Assembly (NCBI GenBank): GCA_040081625.1
Contig: JBEBGD010000007.1
Location: 1 to 64,000, forward strand
Origin: Chthoniobacteraceae bacterium
GTDB taxonomy: Bacteria; Verrucomicrobiota; Verrucomicrobiia; Chthoniobacterales; Chthoniobacteraceae
Direction of reading: 5' to 3'
DNA: 64,000 nucleotides
The notes under the pieces were generated by a model. That model was given only the letters and a program-made list of their open reading frames with translations. It was not told the origin of the DNA and did not search any database. A program made the translations under genes and the position numbers. Shown here in pieces: positions 35,988 through 45,336 of this stretch (positions are counted from its first letter, which is position 1; every line of letters begins with the position of its first letter).

Positions 35988-38675
35988 ATCATCAACGGCC
36001 AGTCGCACGCCTTCCCCGAAGGCCTCACGATCAACAAGGCGCTCCAGCAGATCGCCATCGAAGTGCCGACGCTCTGCCACGACGACCGCATCGAGCCTTA
36101 CGGCTCGTGCCGCCTTTGCACCGTCGAGGTGAAAGGCGTGAACGGACTCGTGACCGCGTGCAACACGCAGCTCCGCGACGGCATGGAAATCCAGACTCAC
36201 TCACCATCGGTGAACGGTGTGCGCAAGACGCTGCTCGGCCTGCTCGCGAAGGATTATCCCGCCGAGGCTGTCGCGCAGTTTCCCGACAAACAATTCCACC
36301 GCTACCTTCGCGAATACGACGTGAAGGCCCGCGGCTCGCGCACCGCACCGCAGCCGGAGGTGCCGTTCATGAAGGACCCGTCGCATCCTTACATCAACGT
36401 GGACATGTCGCAGTGCGTGACGTGCTACCGCTGCGTGCGCATCTGCGAGGAAGTGCAGGGGCAGTTCGTGTGGAAGGCGTGGAATCGCGGCGACCAGACG
36501 CGCATCGGGCCGATCCGCGGCGAGACGATGCTCGACGGCGGCTGCGTGAGTTGCGGCGCGTGCGTTGACACGTGCCCGTCCGGCGCGCTCGAAGATCACA
36601 GCGTGCTGCGCGGCGGCGAGCCGACGGTTTGGACGAAGACCATCTGCTCCTACTGCGGCACCGGCTGCGAAGTGAACGTCGGCACACGCGAAGGGCAGAT
36701 CACGACGATCCGCGCCTCGATGGAAGGCCCGAGCAACCACGGCCACACGTGCGTGAAGGGCCGCTACGCCTACGACTACGTCACGGCGAAGGACCGCCCG
36801 ACTTCGCCCATGATCCGCCGCGATGGCGAATGGCAGAAGGTGAGCTGGGACGAGGTGAATCAATTCATCGCCGACAAGTTGCGTGAGGCGATCGCGAAGC
36901 ACGGTCCCGACAGCATCGGCGTGCTCAGCTCCGCGCGCGGGACGAACGAGGAAAACTACGTCGCGCAGAAATTCGCCCGCGTCGTGCTCGGCACGAACAA
37001 CATCGATTGCTGCGCGCGCGTCTGCCACTCGCCCACCGCCGCCGCGATGAAGATGACGCTCGGCACCGGCGCCGCAACCAACTCGCTCGATGACATCGCG
37101 CTCGCACGCACGATCATGGTCTGCGGCGTGAATCCGACCGAGGGCCATCCCGTCACCGGCGCGCGCATCAAGCAGGCGGCGCGTCACGGCGCGAAGCTGA
37201 TCATCATCGATCCGCGAGAGATCGAGCTTTGCGGGTTTGCGACGCTGCACCTTCAGCTTCAAGCCGGCACGAACGTCGTGCTCTTCAACGCCATCGGCGC
37301 CGCGATCATCGACGAGGGGCTCGTGGATGAGGAATTCATCCGCACGCGCCTCACCGAATACACCGAGTATTGTGAGTTCATCCGCGACTTTCTCCCCGAG
37401 AAGGTCGAGAAAATCTGCGGCGTCCCTGCGGCGAAAATCCGCGAAGCCGCGCGCATCTACGCGACGAACAAGCCGTCGCTCAGCGTCCACGGCCTCGGCA
37501 TGACCGAGCACATCCAGGGCACCGAGGGCATCATGGCGCTGGTCAATCTCGCGCTGATCACCGGCAACATCGGCAAGCCCGGCAGCGGCATCAATCCACT
37601 GCGCGGGCAGAACAACGTGCAAGGCGCGCCACACATGGGCTCCGAGCCGAAGCTGCTCGCGGGCTACGTGCCGATCACCGATGCGCGCGAGCGTTTTGAG
37701 GCCGCGTGGCGCGTGCCGATCCCGACCAATCCCGGCATCAACATGATCGACATGATGGACGCCGCCGACGCCGGGAAGTTCAAGGTGCTGTGGTCGATCG
37801 GCTACGACATCGTGATGACGAATCCGAACATGAACTTCACGCGGCGCGCGATGGAGAAGCTCGACCTCGTGATCGTGCAGGACATTTTCATCAACGCGAC
37901 CGCGAACGAATTCGGCGACGTGTTCCTGCCCGCAGCGAGTTCGTTCGAGAAGGACGGCACGTTCATGAACGGCGAGCGCCGCATCCAGCGCGTGCGTCAG
38001 GCGGTGGCGCCCGAGGGCGAGGCGCGGAACGACTGGGAGATCGTGTGCGACGTCGCGAAGCTCATGGGCAAGGGCGAGCACTTCGCATGGAAGAGCGCCG
38101 AAGAAGTTTGGGACGAAGTCCGCTCGCTGTGGCCGGAAGCGGCCGGCATCAGCTACGCGCGGATGGATCAGGTCGGCGGCCTCCAGTGGCCGTGCCTCGA
38201 CGAAAACGATCCCGGCACCGGCACGCTCCACACCGATCACTTCACGCACGGCAAGACCACCGCGCTGCGCCGGATCGAATACGTCGCGCCGCCCGTGCTC
38301 ACGACGCCGGAGTTCCCATTCCTCCTCACGACGGGCCGCAACTTGTATCAATACAACGCCGCGACGCAGACCGCGCGCACGCCGAACAACGGCCTTCACG
38401 CGACCGACTACCTGCAGCTCTCGCCCACCGACGCCGCGCGCCTCGGCCTCGCGGACGGCGAGCAGGTGCGCCTCCGCAGCGAGCAAGGCGCGGCGGAACT
38501 ACCGGTGCGAATCAGCGACGGCGTGAAGGTCGGCGAAGTCTATACGACCTTCCATTCCACTCGCGTCTTCCTGAACCAGATCACCACCTCGCACCGCGAC
38601 CGCTACACGAAGACGCCGGAGTATAAGATCACCGCGGTCCGCATCGAGAAGCTCGATCCGGTCGCGGCGAACTAG
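35976..38675 (+). CDS. fdhF: Formate dehydrogenase alpha subunit (Mo/W-bisPGD, Cys ligand)
   Basis: N-terminal Fe-S motifs (PTLCH, SCRLC, CVTCYRCVRIC, CVSCGACVDTCP), CSYCGTGC, CARVCH, PLRGQNNVQG, TPEYK. Confidence 0.95.
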   Translation: MLQVIINGQSHAFPEGLTINKALQQIAIEVPTLCHDDRIEPYGSCRLCTVEVKGVNGLVTACNTQLRDGMEIQTHSPSVNGVRKTLLGLLAKDYPAEAVAQFPDKQFHRYLREYDVKARGSRTAPQPEVPFMKDPSHPYINVDMSQCVTCYRCVRICEEVQGQFVWKAWNRGDQTRIGPIRGETMLDGGCVSCGACVDTCPSGALEDHSVLRGGEPTVWTKTICSYCGTGCEVNVGTREGQITTIRASMEGPSNHGHTCVKGRYAYDYVTAKDRPTSPMIRRDGEWQKVSWDEVNQFIADKLREAIAKHGPDSIGVLSSARGTNEENYVAQKFARVVLGTNNIDCCARVCHSPTAAAMKMTLGTGAATNSLDDIALARTIMVCGVNPTEGHPVTGARIKQAARHGAKLIIIDPREIELCGFATLHLQLQAGTNVVLFNAIGAAIIDEGLVDEEFIRTRLTEYTEYCEFIRDFLPEKVEKICGVPAAKIREAARIYATNKPSLSVHGLGMTEHIQGTEGIMALVNLALITGNIGKPGSGINPLRGQNNVQGAPHMGSEPKLLAGYVPITDARERFEAAWRVPIPTNPGINMIDMMDAADAGKFKVLWSIGYDIVMTNPNMNFTRRAMEKLDLVIVQDIFINATANEFGDVFLPAASSFEKDGTFMNGERRIQRVRQAVAPEGEARNDWEIVCDVAKLMGKGEHFAWKSAEEVWDEVRSLWPEAAGISYARMDQVGGLQWPCLDENDPGTGTLHTDHFTHGKTTALRRIEYVAPPVLTTPEFPFLLTTGRNLYQYNAATQTARTPNNGLHATDYLQLSPTDAARLGLADGEQVRLRSEQGAAELPVRISDGVKVGEVYTTFHSTRVFLNQITTSHRDRYTKTPEYKITAVRIEKLDPVAAN

Positions 38676-38680
38676 CCGCG

Positions 38681-40393
38681 TCAGACGGTGACTGTCGTGC
38701 CGTCGAACTTCGTAAGCGTGAAGCCGTCGAAGCGCTCGTTGCAGAGGAGGCGCTGTTCGCGAAGCATGCTGATGGCGACGGCTTCGCCGAGCTTGAGCGA
38801 CTCCGCGCCGTCGGAGCGCCAGTGGACGCCGGCGATGTTGCGGCCGGTGGATACGTTCGAGGCGAGCTTGTTCAGTTCGCCGCCGACCGTCAGTGTCGGG
38901 CCGGTGTAGGGCAGAAGTGAAAGTCCATCGGGCGACGCCACGACCGGGTTCTCGATCACGGTCGATTCGTCGAACCACGCCTTGAGGATCGTCACGCAAG
39001 CGCCGGCGACGGTCGCGTGACCGGCGCCGTAGCTCGGGTGGAGAGGCGAGCCTTCGGGAAAAGCCATCGGCAGCAGATAGCTGCCGTGCCGGCTGTAGAT
39101 TTGCGAGATCGCCTGCGAACTCGTCAGCTCGCTGATCGCGAGCGGGTAGCCCGCCGCACCGGTGAGGTGATTGTGAACACGAGCCGCGAAGACTTCCGGT
39201 CGCAGCCGCCGATGCACCGACCACTTCTGATACCACACCGCCTTCAGCGCGCGGGTCGCCACTTCGCACATGAGCGACGCGACGTGCGGTCCGCCAAAGG
39301 TGCCGAAGCCCTGCTGGTTCGCCGAAACGGAATATGGGTTGCCGCGATCGAATGGCGCGCCCAGCCCGCTGCTATCCGCGTCGCCGGCGTCGGGCGGCGT
39401 GAGCAGGATGAGCATCGCGTGGAAGTAAGCCTGGAAGAGCACATCGATGTGGACCCACTGCGCGAGGTCCGCGCCGTTGCGGATGTAGCGGCGCGTGGAG
39501 TCAAATTGCTGCGCACTGACCGGCAGCTCGCCGCGCTGGATGCTCAGCCATTCCGGGAAGCTCGTCATGAAGTGCGAGCCCGGCACCACCGTGCGCATCC
39601 GCTGCTCGACGTAGGCCGCGCCGAATGGCACCGGCAGCCACAGGAACTGCGAGAGGTAAGGCCCCGTCGTCGCGCCCGGGAGCGCATCGCGAAAGAGCGT
39701 CTGTGTGGTGACGGCATTGCCGACTTTCGGGCCGCGGAAATCGGTGCGCGCCGTGAGATCGGCTGTCGCCGCGAGCGCGAGTCCGTCGCCGCCGAATTCC
39801 GAGAAAGGCACGTCGCGCAGCAGCGCCATCCAGTAGTTCTCGACGATCTCGCCCGCGATCTGGCTGCTGGCGAACGCAGGCGCCGGCGGAATCGCGAGCG
39901 CATGGGAATCGGCGCCCGACACATCGAAGGCGAGCGCCGACTGGGGATTGACGAGCGGGCGCTGCTGACCGGGAACGGTGCTGCCCATCGGGATCGCCTC
40001 GAACGCGTCCGGCTTGCCGGACTTGATCGCGCTGCGCATCGCGTCATACGCCCCCGCATCCACATGCCCGAGTGCGCTATGCGGGAGCCCCTTCGAAAAA
40101 TTGCCGATGCGCGTGACGTAGAGCTCCTCGTCGTCATTGGTCGGGTGCTCCTTCGCCCGCTCGCGCCGCTGCAATGTCGCGGCGCGCACGCGGATGAGGT
40201 GCGCCTTGTTCGCGCGGGAGCGCGAGCCCCGCGGGCCGATCTCCACCGCCACAGCTCCGGTCGGTGCGACCGCGCCTGAGCCGAGCCCGGCGCCGGCCGT
40301 CGCGAGCCCGGCGGCGATGCTGCGGGAGAGGAAGGCGCGGCGGTCCAGCGGAAGTTCAGGATTGTCGTCGGGAGAAACGGGTCCGGTGTTCAT
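38681..40393 (-). CDS. Vanadium-dependent haloperoxidase (bromoperoxidase-like), Tat-exported
   Basis: DRRAFL; KAVWYQKWSVHRRLRPE, EGSPLHPSYGAGHA, ELNKLASN..GRNIAGVHWRSD. Confidence 0.92.
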   Translation of the reverse strand: MNTGPVSPDDNPELPLDRRAFLSRSIAAGLATAGAGLGSGAVAPTGAVAVEIGPRGSRSRANKAHLIRVRAATLQRRERAKEHPTNDDEELYVTRIGNFSKGLPHSALGHVDAGAYDAMRSAIKSGKPDAFEAIPMGSTVPGQQRPLVNPQSALAFDVSGADSHALAIPPAPAFASSQIAGEIVENYWMALLRDVPFSEFGGDGLALAATADLTARTDFRGPKVGNAVTTQTLFRDALPGATTGPYLSQFLWLPVPFGAAYVEQRMRTVVPGSHFMTSFPEWLSIQRGELPVSAQQFDSTRRYIRNGADLAQWVHIDVLFQAYFHAMLILLTPPDAGDADSSGLGAPFDRGNPYSVSANQQGFGTFGGPHVASLMCEVATRALKAVWYQKWSVHRRLRPEVFAARVHNHLTGAAGYPLAISELTSSQAISQIYSRHGSYLLPMAFPEGSPLHPSYGAGHATVAGACVTILKAWFDESTVIENPVVASPDGLSLLPYTGPTLTVGGELNKLASNVSTGRNIAGVHWRSDGAESLKLGEAVAISMLREQRLLCNERFDGFTLTKFDGTTVTV

Positions 40394-40498
40394 GGTAGAG
40401 AATGGCCGCGGCAACTACGCAGAAATCGGGCCGCAGCATAGTAACAAAGCTTCGCCCATGACCTTCGCCTCTCGCCGGTTATCATCGGCGACCCCGAC

Positions 40499-43400
40499 AT
40501 GCGCCAGTTCATCGCCCTCAGCCTCCTCCTCGCCGCCCGCGGTTTGGCCGCGCCCGTCGATTTCACCCGCGAGGTGCAGCCCATCATCTCCGAGAAGTGC
40601 TACCACTGCCACGGCCCGGACGAGGAGGCGCGCAAGGCGAAGCTGCGGCTCGACGTGCGCGACGACGCGCTCCGCGAACGCGACGGCGTCCGCGCGATCG
40701 TGCCGGGCAAGCCGGAGCAGAGCGACCTGATCGTCCGCGTCAGCTCGAAGGATCCCGACGAAGTGATGCCGCCGCCGAAGGAGCACCACACGCTCACGCC
40801 GGCCGAGTGCGACACGCTGCGGCGCTGGATCGCTGAAGGTGCGACCTACGCGCCGCACTGGGCTTTTGAAAGACCGCGGCAGCCCAAGGGCGCGGGCATC
40901 GACGAATTCATCCGCGCCGAACTCGCGAAGCACAGCCTCGCGCTTTCGCCGGAAGCCGATCGCGCCACCCTCATCCGCCGGCTCTCGCTCGATCTCATCG
41001 GGCTGCCGCCGACACCCGCGGAGACGCGTTCGTTTGTCGAGGATGCCGCGCCGGATGCGTATGCGCGCGCGGTGGATCGGCTGCTCGCGTCGCCGCATTT
41101 CGGCGAACGCTGGGCGCGCATGTGGCTCGATCTCGCGCGCTACGCGGACTCGAGCGGTTACGGCTCGGACTTCGTCCGGCTAAACGTCTGGCCGTGGCGC
41201 GACTGGGTCATCAGCGCGTTCAATGCGAACAAGCCGTTCGATCAGTTCACAATCGAGCAGGTCGCCGGCGATCTGATTCCGGACGCGACGCGCGAACAGA
41301 TTGTCGCGACCGGCTTCCACCGCAACACGATGACCAACTTCGAGGGCGGCACGCCCGACGAGGAATACCGCGTGGCCGCGGTGAAGGATCGTGTGGGGAC
41401 CACGATGCAAGTCTGGATGGGCCTCACGGCCAACTGCGCGCAGTGCCACACTCACAAATTCGATCCTCTCTCGCAGCACGAATACTACTCGCTCTTCGCC
41501 GTCTTCGACCAGACCGAGGACGCCGACCGCAATGACGAGGAGCCGAAGATGCCGCTGCCGACCGACGCCGAAATCAAGCGCACCGCCGAGCTGAACGCGC
41601 GCATCGCCGCGCTCGACACGAAGCTCAAGACGAGGACACCCGAGATGGAAGCCGAGTTCACGACCTGGCTCGCGGCGCCGGAGCGGAAGATCGAGTGGGT
41701 GCCGCTCGCCGCGGACGGGAGGACTTCGCTGCGCAAGATCACCGCGCTGCGCGTGGATGGATCGACTGTGCCGGCGGGGCTGAAGATCACCGCGCGCCCG
41801 GTCGAGCCCACGACTGGCAGCGCGCGCTACGTGCGCATCGAGCACAGTGCCGGCAAGCTCCTCCAGATCGCCGAGGTGCAGGTCTTCGCCGGTGGCGAAA
41901 ACATCGCGCCGCGCGGCAAGGCGAAGCAGTCCTCGACCTACGCCGACGCCGCCGCGAGCCGCGCGATCGACGGGAAGACCGACGGCGAATACGCGAAGGG
42001 CTCGGTCGCGCATACCGCCGATGGCGACAAGGCGCCGTGGTGGGAACTCGATCTCGGCGCCGCGACGGGCATCGAGCGCGTCGTGTTTTGGAATCGCACC
42101 GAAGTCCCGGAGCGCATCAAGGGCGCGCGGCTCACGGTGCTCGACGAAGCGCGCAAGCCGCTGCTCGCGCGCACGCTCGAAGCCAAGCCGAGCACGACCT
42201 TCGACGGCCTCGGCACGATCGACGCCGTCTTCGCGGTGACGACCGGCGCGACCATCGAGCTAAAGACGCCGCTCGATGTCGGCGGCGACGCGCTGCTCAC
42301 AATCACGCCCTCCGGGACGCGCATCAGCATCACCACCGCCGCGCCGCCCGTGCGCGAGATGCCGGCGGCGGTGCGCGAGAAGTTCGAGCGCAAGGAACGC
42401 GCGCCGGAGGTGCTCGCGTATTTCCGCCCGCTCTCGAAGCACGACGCGACGACGAGCAAGGCGCTCGCCGATGCGAAGACGCAGCTCGCCGCGATCAAAC
42501 CGCTCGCATTCCCGGTCATGCGCGAGCTGCCGAAGGACAAGCGGCGCACGACCCATGTGCTGACCAAGGGCAACTACACGATGCCCGGCGACGTCGTGAC
42601 CGCCGCGCTGCCCGCGGCCTTCCACAAAGTGCCGGACGGCAGCATCGACCGGCTCGCGCTCGCGAAGTGGATCGTCTCCCGCGAAAACCCGCTTACCGCG
42701 CGCGTGGCCGTGAACCGCTTTTGGGCGCAGCTCTTCGGCACGGGCCTCGTCGAGAGCGAGGAGGACTTCGGCACGCAGGGCACGCTGCCTTCGCATCCCG
42801 AGTTGCTCGACTGGCTCGCGATCGACTTCATGCGCGACTGGGATGTGAAGCGCGCGCTCAAGCTCATCGTGAGCAGCGCGACCTACCGGCAGAGCGCGAA
42901 GGTGACGCCCGCTCTTCTCGCCAAGGATCCGCGCAACCAACTGCTCTCGCGCTACCCGCGCCGCCGGCTCGGTGCCGAGGAAATCCGCGACTCGGCGCTT
43001 TCGGTGTCCGGGCTGCTCAGCCACAAGCTCGGCGGACCGAGCGTCTATCCGCCGCAGCCCGACGGGCTGTGGAATGTCGCGTTCAACGGCGGGCAGAACA
43101 AATACGAGACCAGCACGGGCGGGGACCGCTACCGGCGAGGGCTCTACACCTTCTGGCGCCGCACGATGCCGAACCCGACGATGGCCACCTTCGACGCGCC
43201 GAGCCGCGAGACCTGCACGCTCCGCCGCGTGCCGACGAATACGCCGCTGCAAGCGTTCGTGATGCTGAACGATCCGGTCTTCGTCGAATGCGCGCAGGCG
43301 CTCGCGCGGCGGATCATGCGCGATGGCGGTCGTGAGACGGACGCGCGCATTCGTTTCGGTCTCGAAGTCGTCCTCGGGCGCGCCGCCGACGCGAAGCAAA

Positions 43401-43588
43401 TCGCGCCGCTTCGCAAGCTGCTCGACGCCGAGCTCGCGAAATACAAACAGACGCCCGGCGACGCCCTCACGCTGGCGACCAAGCCGCTCGGCCCCCTGCC
43501 CTCCGGCGTCGATCCGGTCGAAGCCGCCGCGTGGACCGCCGTCGCCAACGTGCTGCTCAACCTCGACGCCGTCCTCACGAGGAGCTGA
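40499..43588 (+). CDS. PSD1/planctomycete cytochrome c protein (DUF1549-DUF1553) with inserted discoidin/F-lectin-like domain
   Basis: [67 protein letters not shown]. Confidence 0.93.
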   Translation: MRQFIALSLLLAARGLAAPVDFTREVQPIISEKCYHCHGPDEEARKAKLRLDVRDDALRERDGVRAIVPGKPEQSDLIVRVSSKDPDEVMPPPKEHHTLTPAECDTLRRWIAEGATYAPHWAFERPRQPKGAGIDEFIRAELAKHSLALSPEADRATLIRRLSLDLIGLPPTPAETRSFVEDAAPDAYARAVDRLLASPHFGERWARMWLDLARYADSSGYGSDFVRLNVWPWRDWVISAFNANKPFDQFTIEQVAGDLIPDATREQIVATGFHRNTMTNFEGGTPDEEYRVAAVKDRVGTTMQVWMGLTANCAQCHTHKFDPLSQHEYYSLFAVFDQTEDADRNDEEPKMPLPTDAEIKRTAELNARIAALDTKLKTRTPEMEAEFTTWLAAPERKIEWVPLAADGRTSLRKITALRVDGSTVPAGLKITARPVEPTTGSARYVRIEHSAGKLLQIAEVQVFAGGENIAPRGKAKQSSTYADAAASRAIDGKTDGEYAKGSVAHTADGDKAPWWELDLGAATGIERVVFWNRTEVPERIKGARLTVLDEARKPLLARTLEAKPSTTFDGLGTIDAVFAVTTGATIELKTPLDVGGDALLTITPSGTRISITTAAPPVREMPAAVREKFERKERAPEVLAYFRPLSKHDATTSKALADAKTQLAAIKPLAFPVMRELPKDKRRTTHVLTKGNYTMPGDVVTAALPAAFHKVPDGSIDRLALAKWIVSRENPLTARVAVNRFWAQLFGTGLVESEEDFGTQGTLPSHPELLDWLAIDFMRDWDVKRALKLIVSSATYRQSAKVTPALLAKDPRNQLLSRYPRRRLGAEEIRDSALSVSGLLSHKLGGPSVYPPQPDGLWNVAFNGGQNKYETSTGGDRYRRGLYTFWRRTMPNPTMATFDAPSRETCTLRRVPTNTPLQAFVMLNDPVFVECAQALARRIMRDGGRETDARIRFGLEVVLGRAADAKQIAPLRKLLDAELAKYKQTPGDALTLATKPLGPLPSGVDPVEAAAWTAVANVLLNLDAVLTRS

Positions 43589-43617
43589 TGAGATCATCCC
43601 GCCGTCGCGCTCATCCC

Positions 43618-43809
43618 GGTCGCGGAGCGACCAGCGAAAATAGCCCGGCACTTCAGTGCCGGGTGGGACGTCTCTCGCGGACACGTCGCGGAGCGACGAT
43701 TGGCCTTGCCCGCCCGGCGCGATCAACCGTCGCTACGCGACGCATCCTCCGGTCGGGGAGCCGTCCCGGCACTAAAGTGCCGGGCTACGCTCGGGCGTTC
43801 GCTCCGCGA
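43618..43809. repeat. Nested-palindrome intergenic element (REP/REPIN-like), copy 1
   Basis: Three nested inverted pairs: 43620-43630/43799-43809, 43641-43663/43765-43787, 43684-43698/43728-43742; each arm is itself a small hairpin. Confidence 0.85.
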
Positions 43810-43857
43810 ACTGTTTCGAGCGCCACTGAGTCTTCTCCCGCTCGCGATTCTTAACCG

Positions 43858-45288
43858 ATGAACCCGCACCTTGCCCACACCCGCCGCCAGTTCCTCCACG
43901 ACGCCTCGCGCTTCAGCCTCGGTGCCATCGCGCTCGAGTCGCTCCGCGCACACGGCGCGAATGTCGTGAACCCGCTCGCGCCGAAGCCCGCGCCGCTGCC
44001 GTCGAAAGTGAAGTCGGTCATCTACCTCTCGATGTCCGGCGCGCCGCCGCAGCACGATCTCTTCGATTGGAAGCCGGAGCTCAAGGCGCACAACAAGGAG
44101 GACTGCCCGGAGAAGTTCATGCAGGGCGAGAAGTTCGCCTTCATCAAGGGGACGCCGAAGCTGCTCGGCACGCCGCACGAGTTCAAGCAACACGGTCAGA
44201 GCGGCGCGTGGGTCAGCTCGATGCTCCCGCACTTCACGAAGATCGCTGACGACGTGACGATCGTGAAGTCGATGAACACCGATCAGTTCAACCACGCGCC
44301 GGCGGAGCTGTTCATCTACACGGGCTCGCCGCGCAACGGCGGTGCGTCCATGGGCTCGTGGGTGACGTATGGGCTGGGGAGTGAAAACCAGGACCTGCCC
44401 GGCTTTGTCGTGCTGCTCAGCGGCGGCACCGATCCGACCGGCGGCAAGGCGTGCTGGGGCACGGGATTTCTGCCCGGCGTTTTTCAAGGCGTGCAGTGCC
44501 GCGCGGTCGGCGACCCGATCCTCTTCGCCGGCGATCCCGCGGGCATGAGTCGCGACACGCGCCGCCGCACGCTCGACGCGCTGCGCACGCTGAATGAGGC
44601 CGAGGCCGCGGCCTTCGGCGACCCGGAGACGCTCACCCGCATCTCGCAATACGAACTCGCCTACCGGATGCAGCTCGCGGTGCCTGAGGTGTTCGACTTG
44701 AAAAAGGAACCGAAGGAGATGCTCGACTTCTACGGCGCGGAGCCGGGGAAAGGATCGTTTGCCAACAACTGCGTGCTCGCGCGGCGGCTCGTCGAGAATG
44801 GCGTGCGCTTCGTGCAGCTCTTCGACTGGGGCTGGGACATGCACGGCACGGGCGAATCGAACGACCTGCTCAAGGGTCTCCCGCGCAAGTGCGCCGATGT
44901 CGATCAAGCCTGCGCCGCGCTCGTGCTCGACCTCAAGCAGCGCGGCTTGCTCGACAGCACGCTCGTCGTGTGGGGCGGCGAATTCGGCCGCACGCCGATG
45001 AACGAGGAGCGTGGCGGCAGCAAGTTCCTCGGCCGCGATCACCACCCGCATTGCTTCACGATGTGGATGGCCGGCGCCGGCGTGAAGAAAGGCTACTCCC
45101 ACGGCGCGACCGACGAGCTGGGCTACCGGGTGGCCGAGGGCAAGGTGACCGTGCGCGATTTGCAGGCGACGGTGATGCATCTGCTCGGCTTCGATCCCTA
45201 CAAGTTCAGCTATCGCTATCAAGGCCTGAACAACCGGCTCATCGGCCCGACCAATGAAGGCAGGATCGCGAAGGCGCTGCTGGCGTAA
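43858..45288 (+). CDS. DUF1501 family protein (Tat)
   Basis: TRRQFL; YGLGSENQDLPGF, ARRLVENGVRFVQ, GEFGRTP, GRDHHP. Confidence 0.93.
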   Translation: MNPHLAHTRRQFLHDASRFSLGAIALESLRAHGANVVNPLAPKPAPLPSKVKSVIYLSMSGAPPQHDLFDWKPELKAHNKEDCPEKFMQGEKFAFIKGTPKLLGTPHEFKQHGQSGAWVSSMLPHFTKIADDVTIVKSMNTDQFNHAPAELFIYTGSPRNGGASMGSWVTYGLGSENQDLPGFVVLLSGGTDPTGGKACWGTGFLPGVFQGVQCRAVGDPILFAGDPAGMSRDTRRRTLDALRTLNEAEAAAFGDPETLTRISQYELAYRMQLAVPEVFDLKKEPKEMLDFYGAEPGKGSFANNCVLARRLVENGVRFVQLFDWGWDMHGTGESNDLLKGLPRKCADVDQACAALVLDLKQRGLLDSTLVVWGGEFGRTPMNEERGGSKFLGRDHHPHCFTMWMAGAGVKKGYSHGATDELGYRVAEGKVTVRDLQATVMHLLGFDPYKFSYRYQGLNNRLIGPTNEGRIAKALLA

Positions 45289-45336
45289 CGCCCGCTTGCA
45301 AACACGGTAGGAGTGCCGGAAAGGTTTTATCACCCG

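Noticed and set aside
36990..37060. Possible selenocysteine/SECIS in fdhF
   Set aside because: The metal-ligand position is TGC (Cys) in CARVCH; no in-frame TGA.
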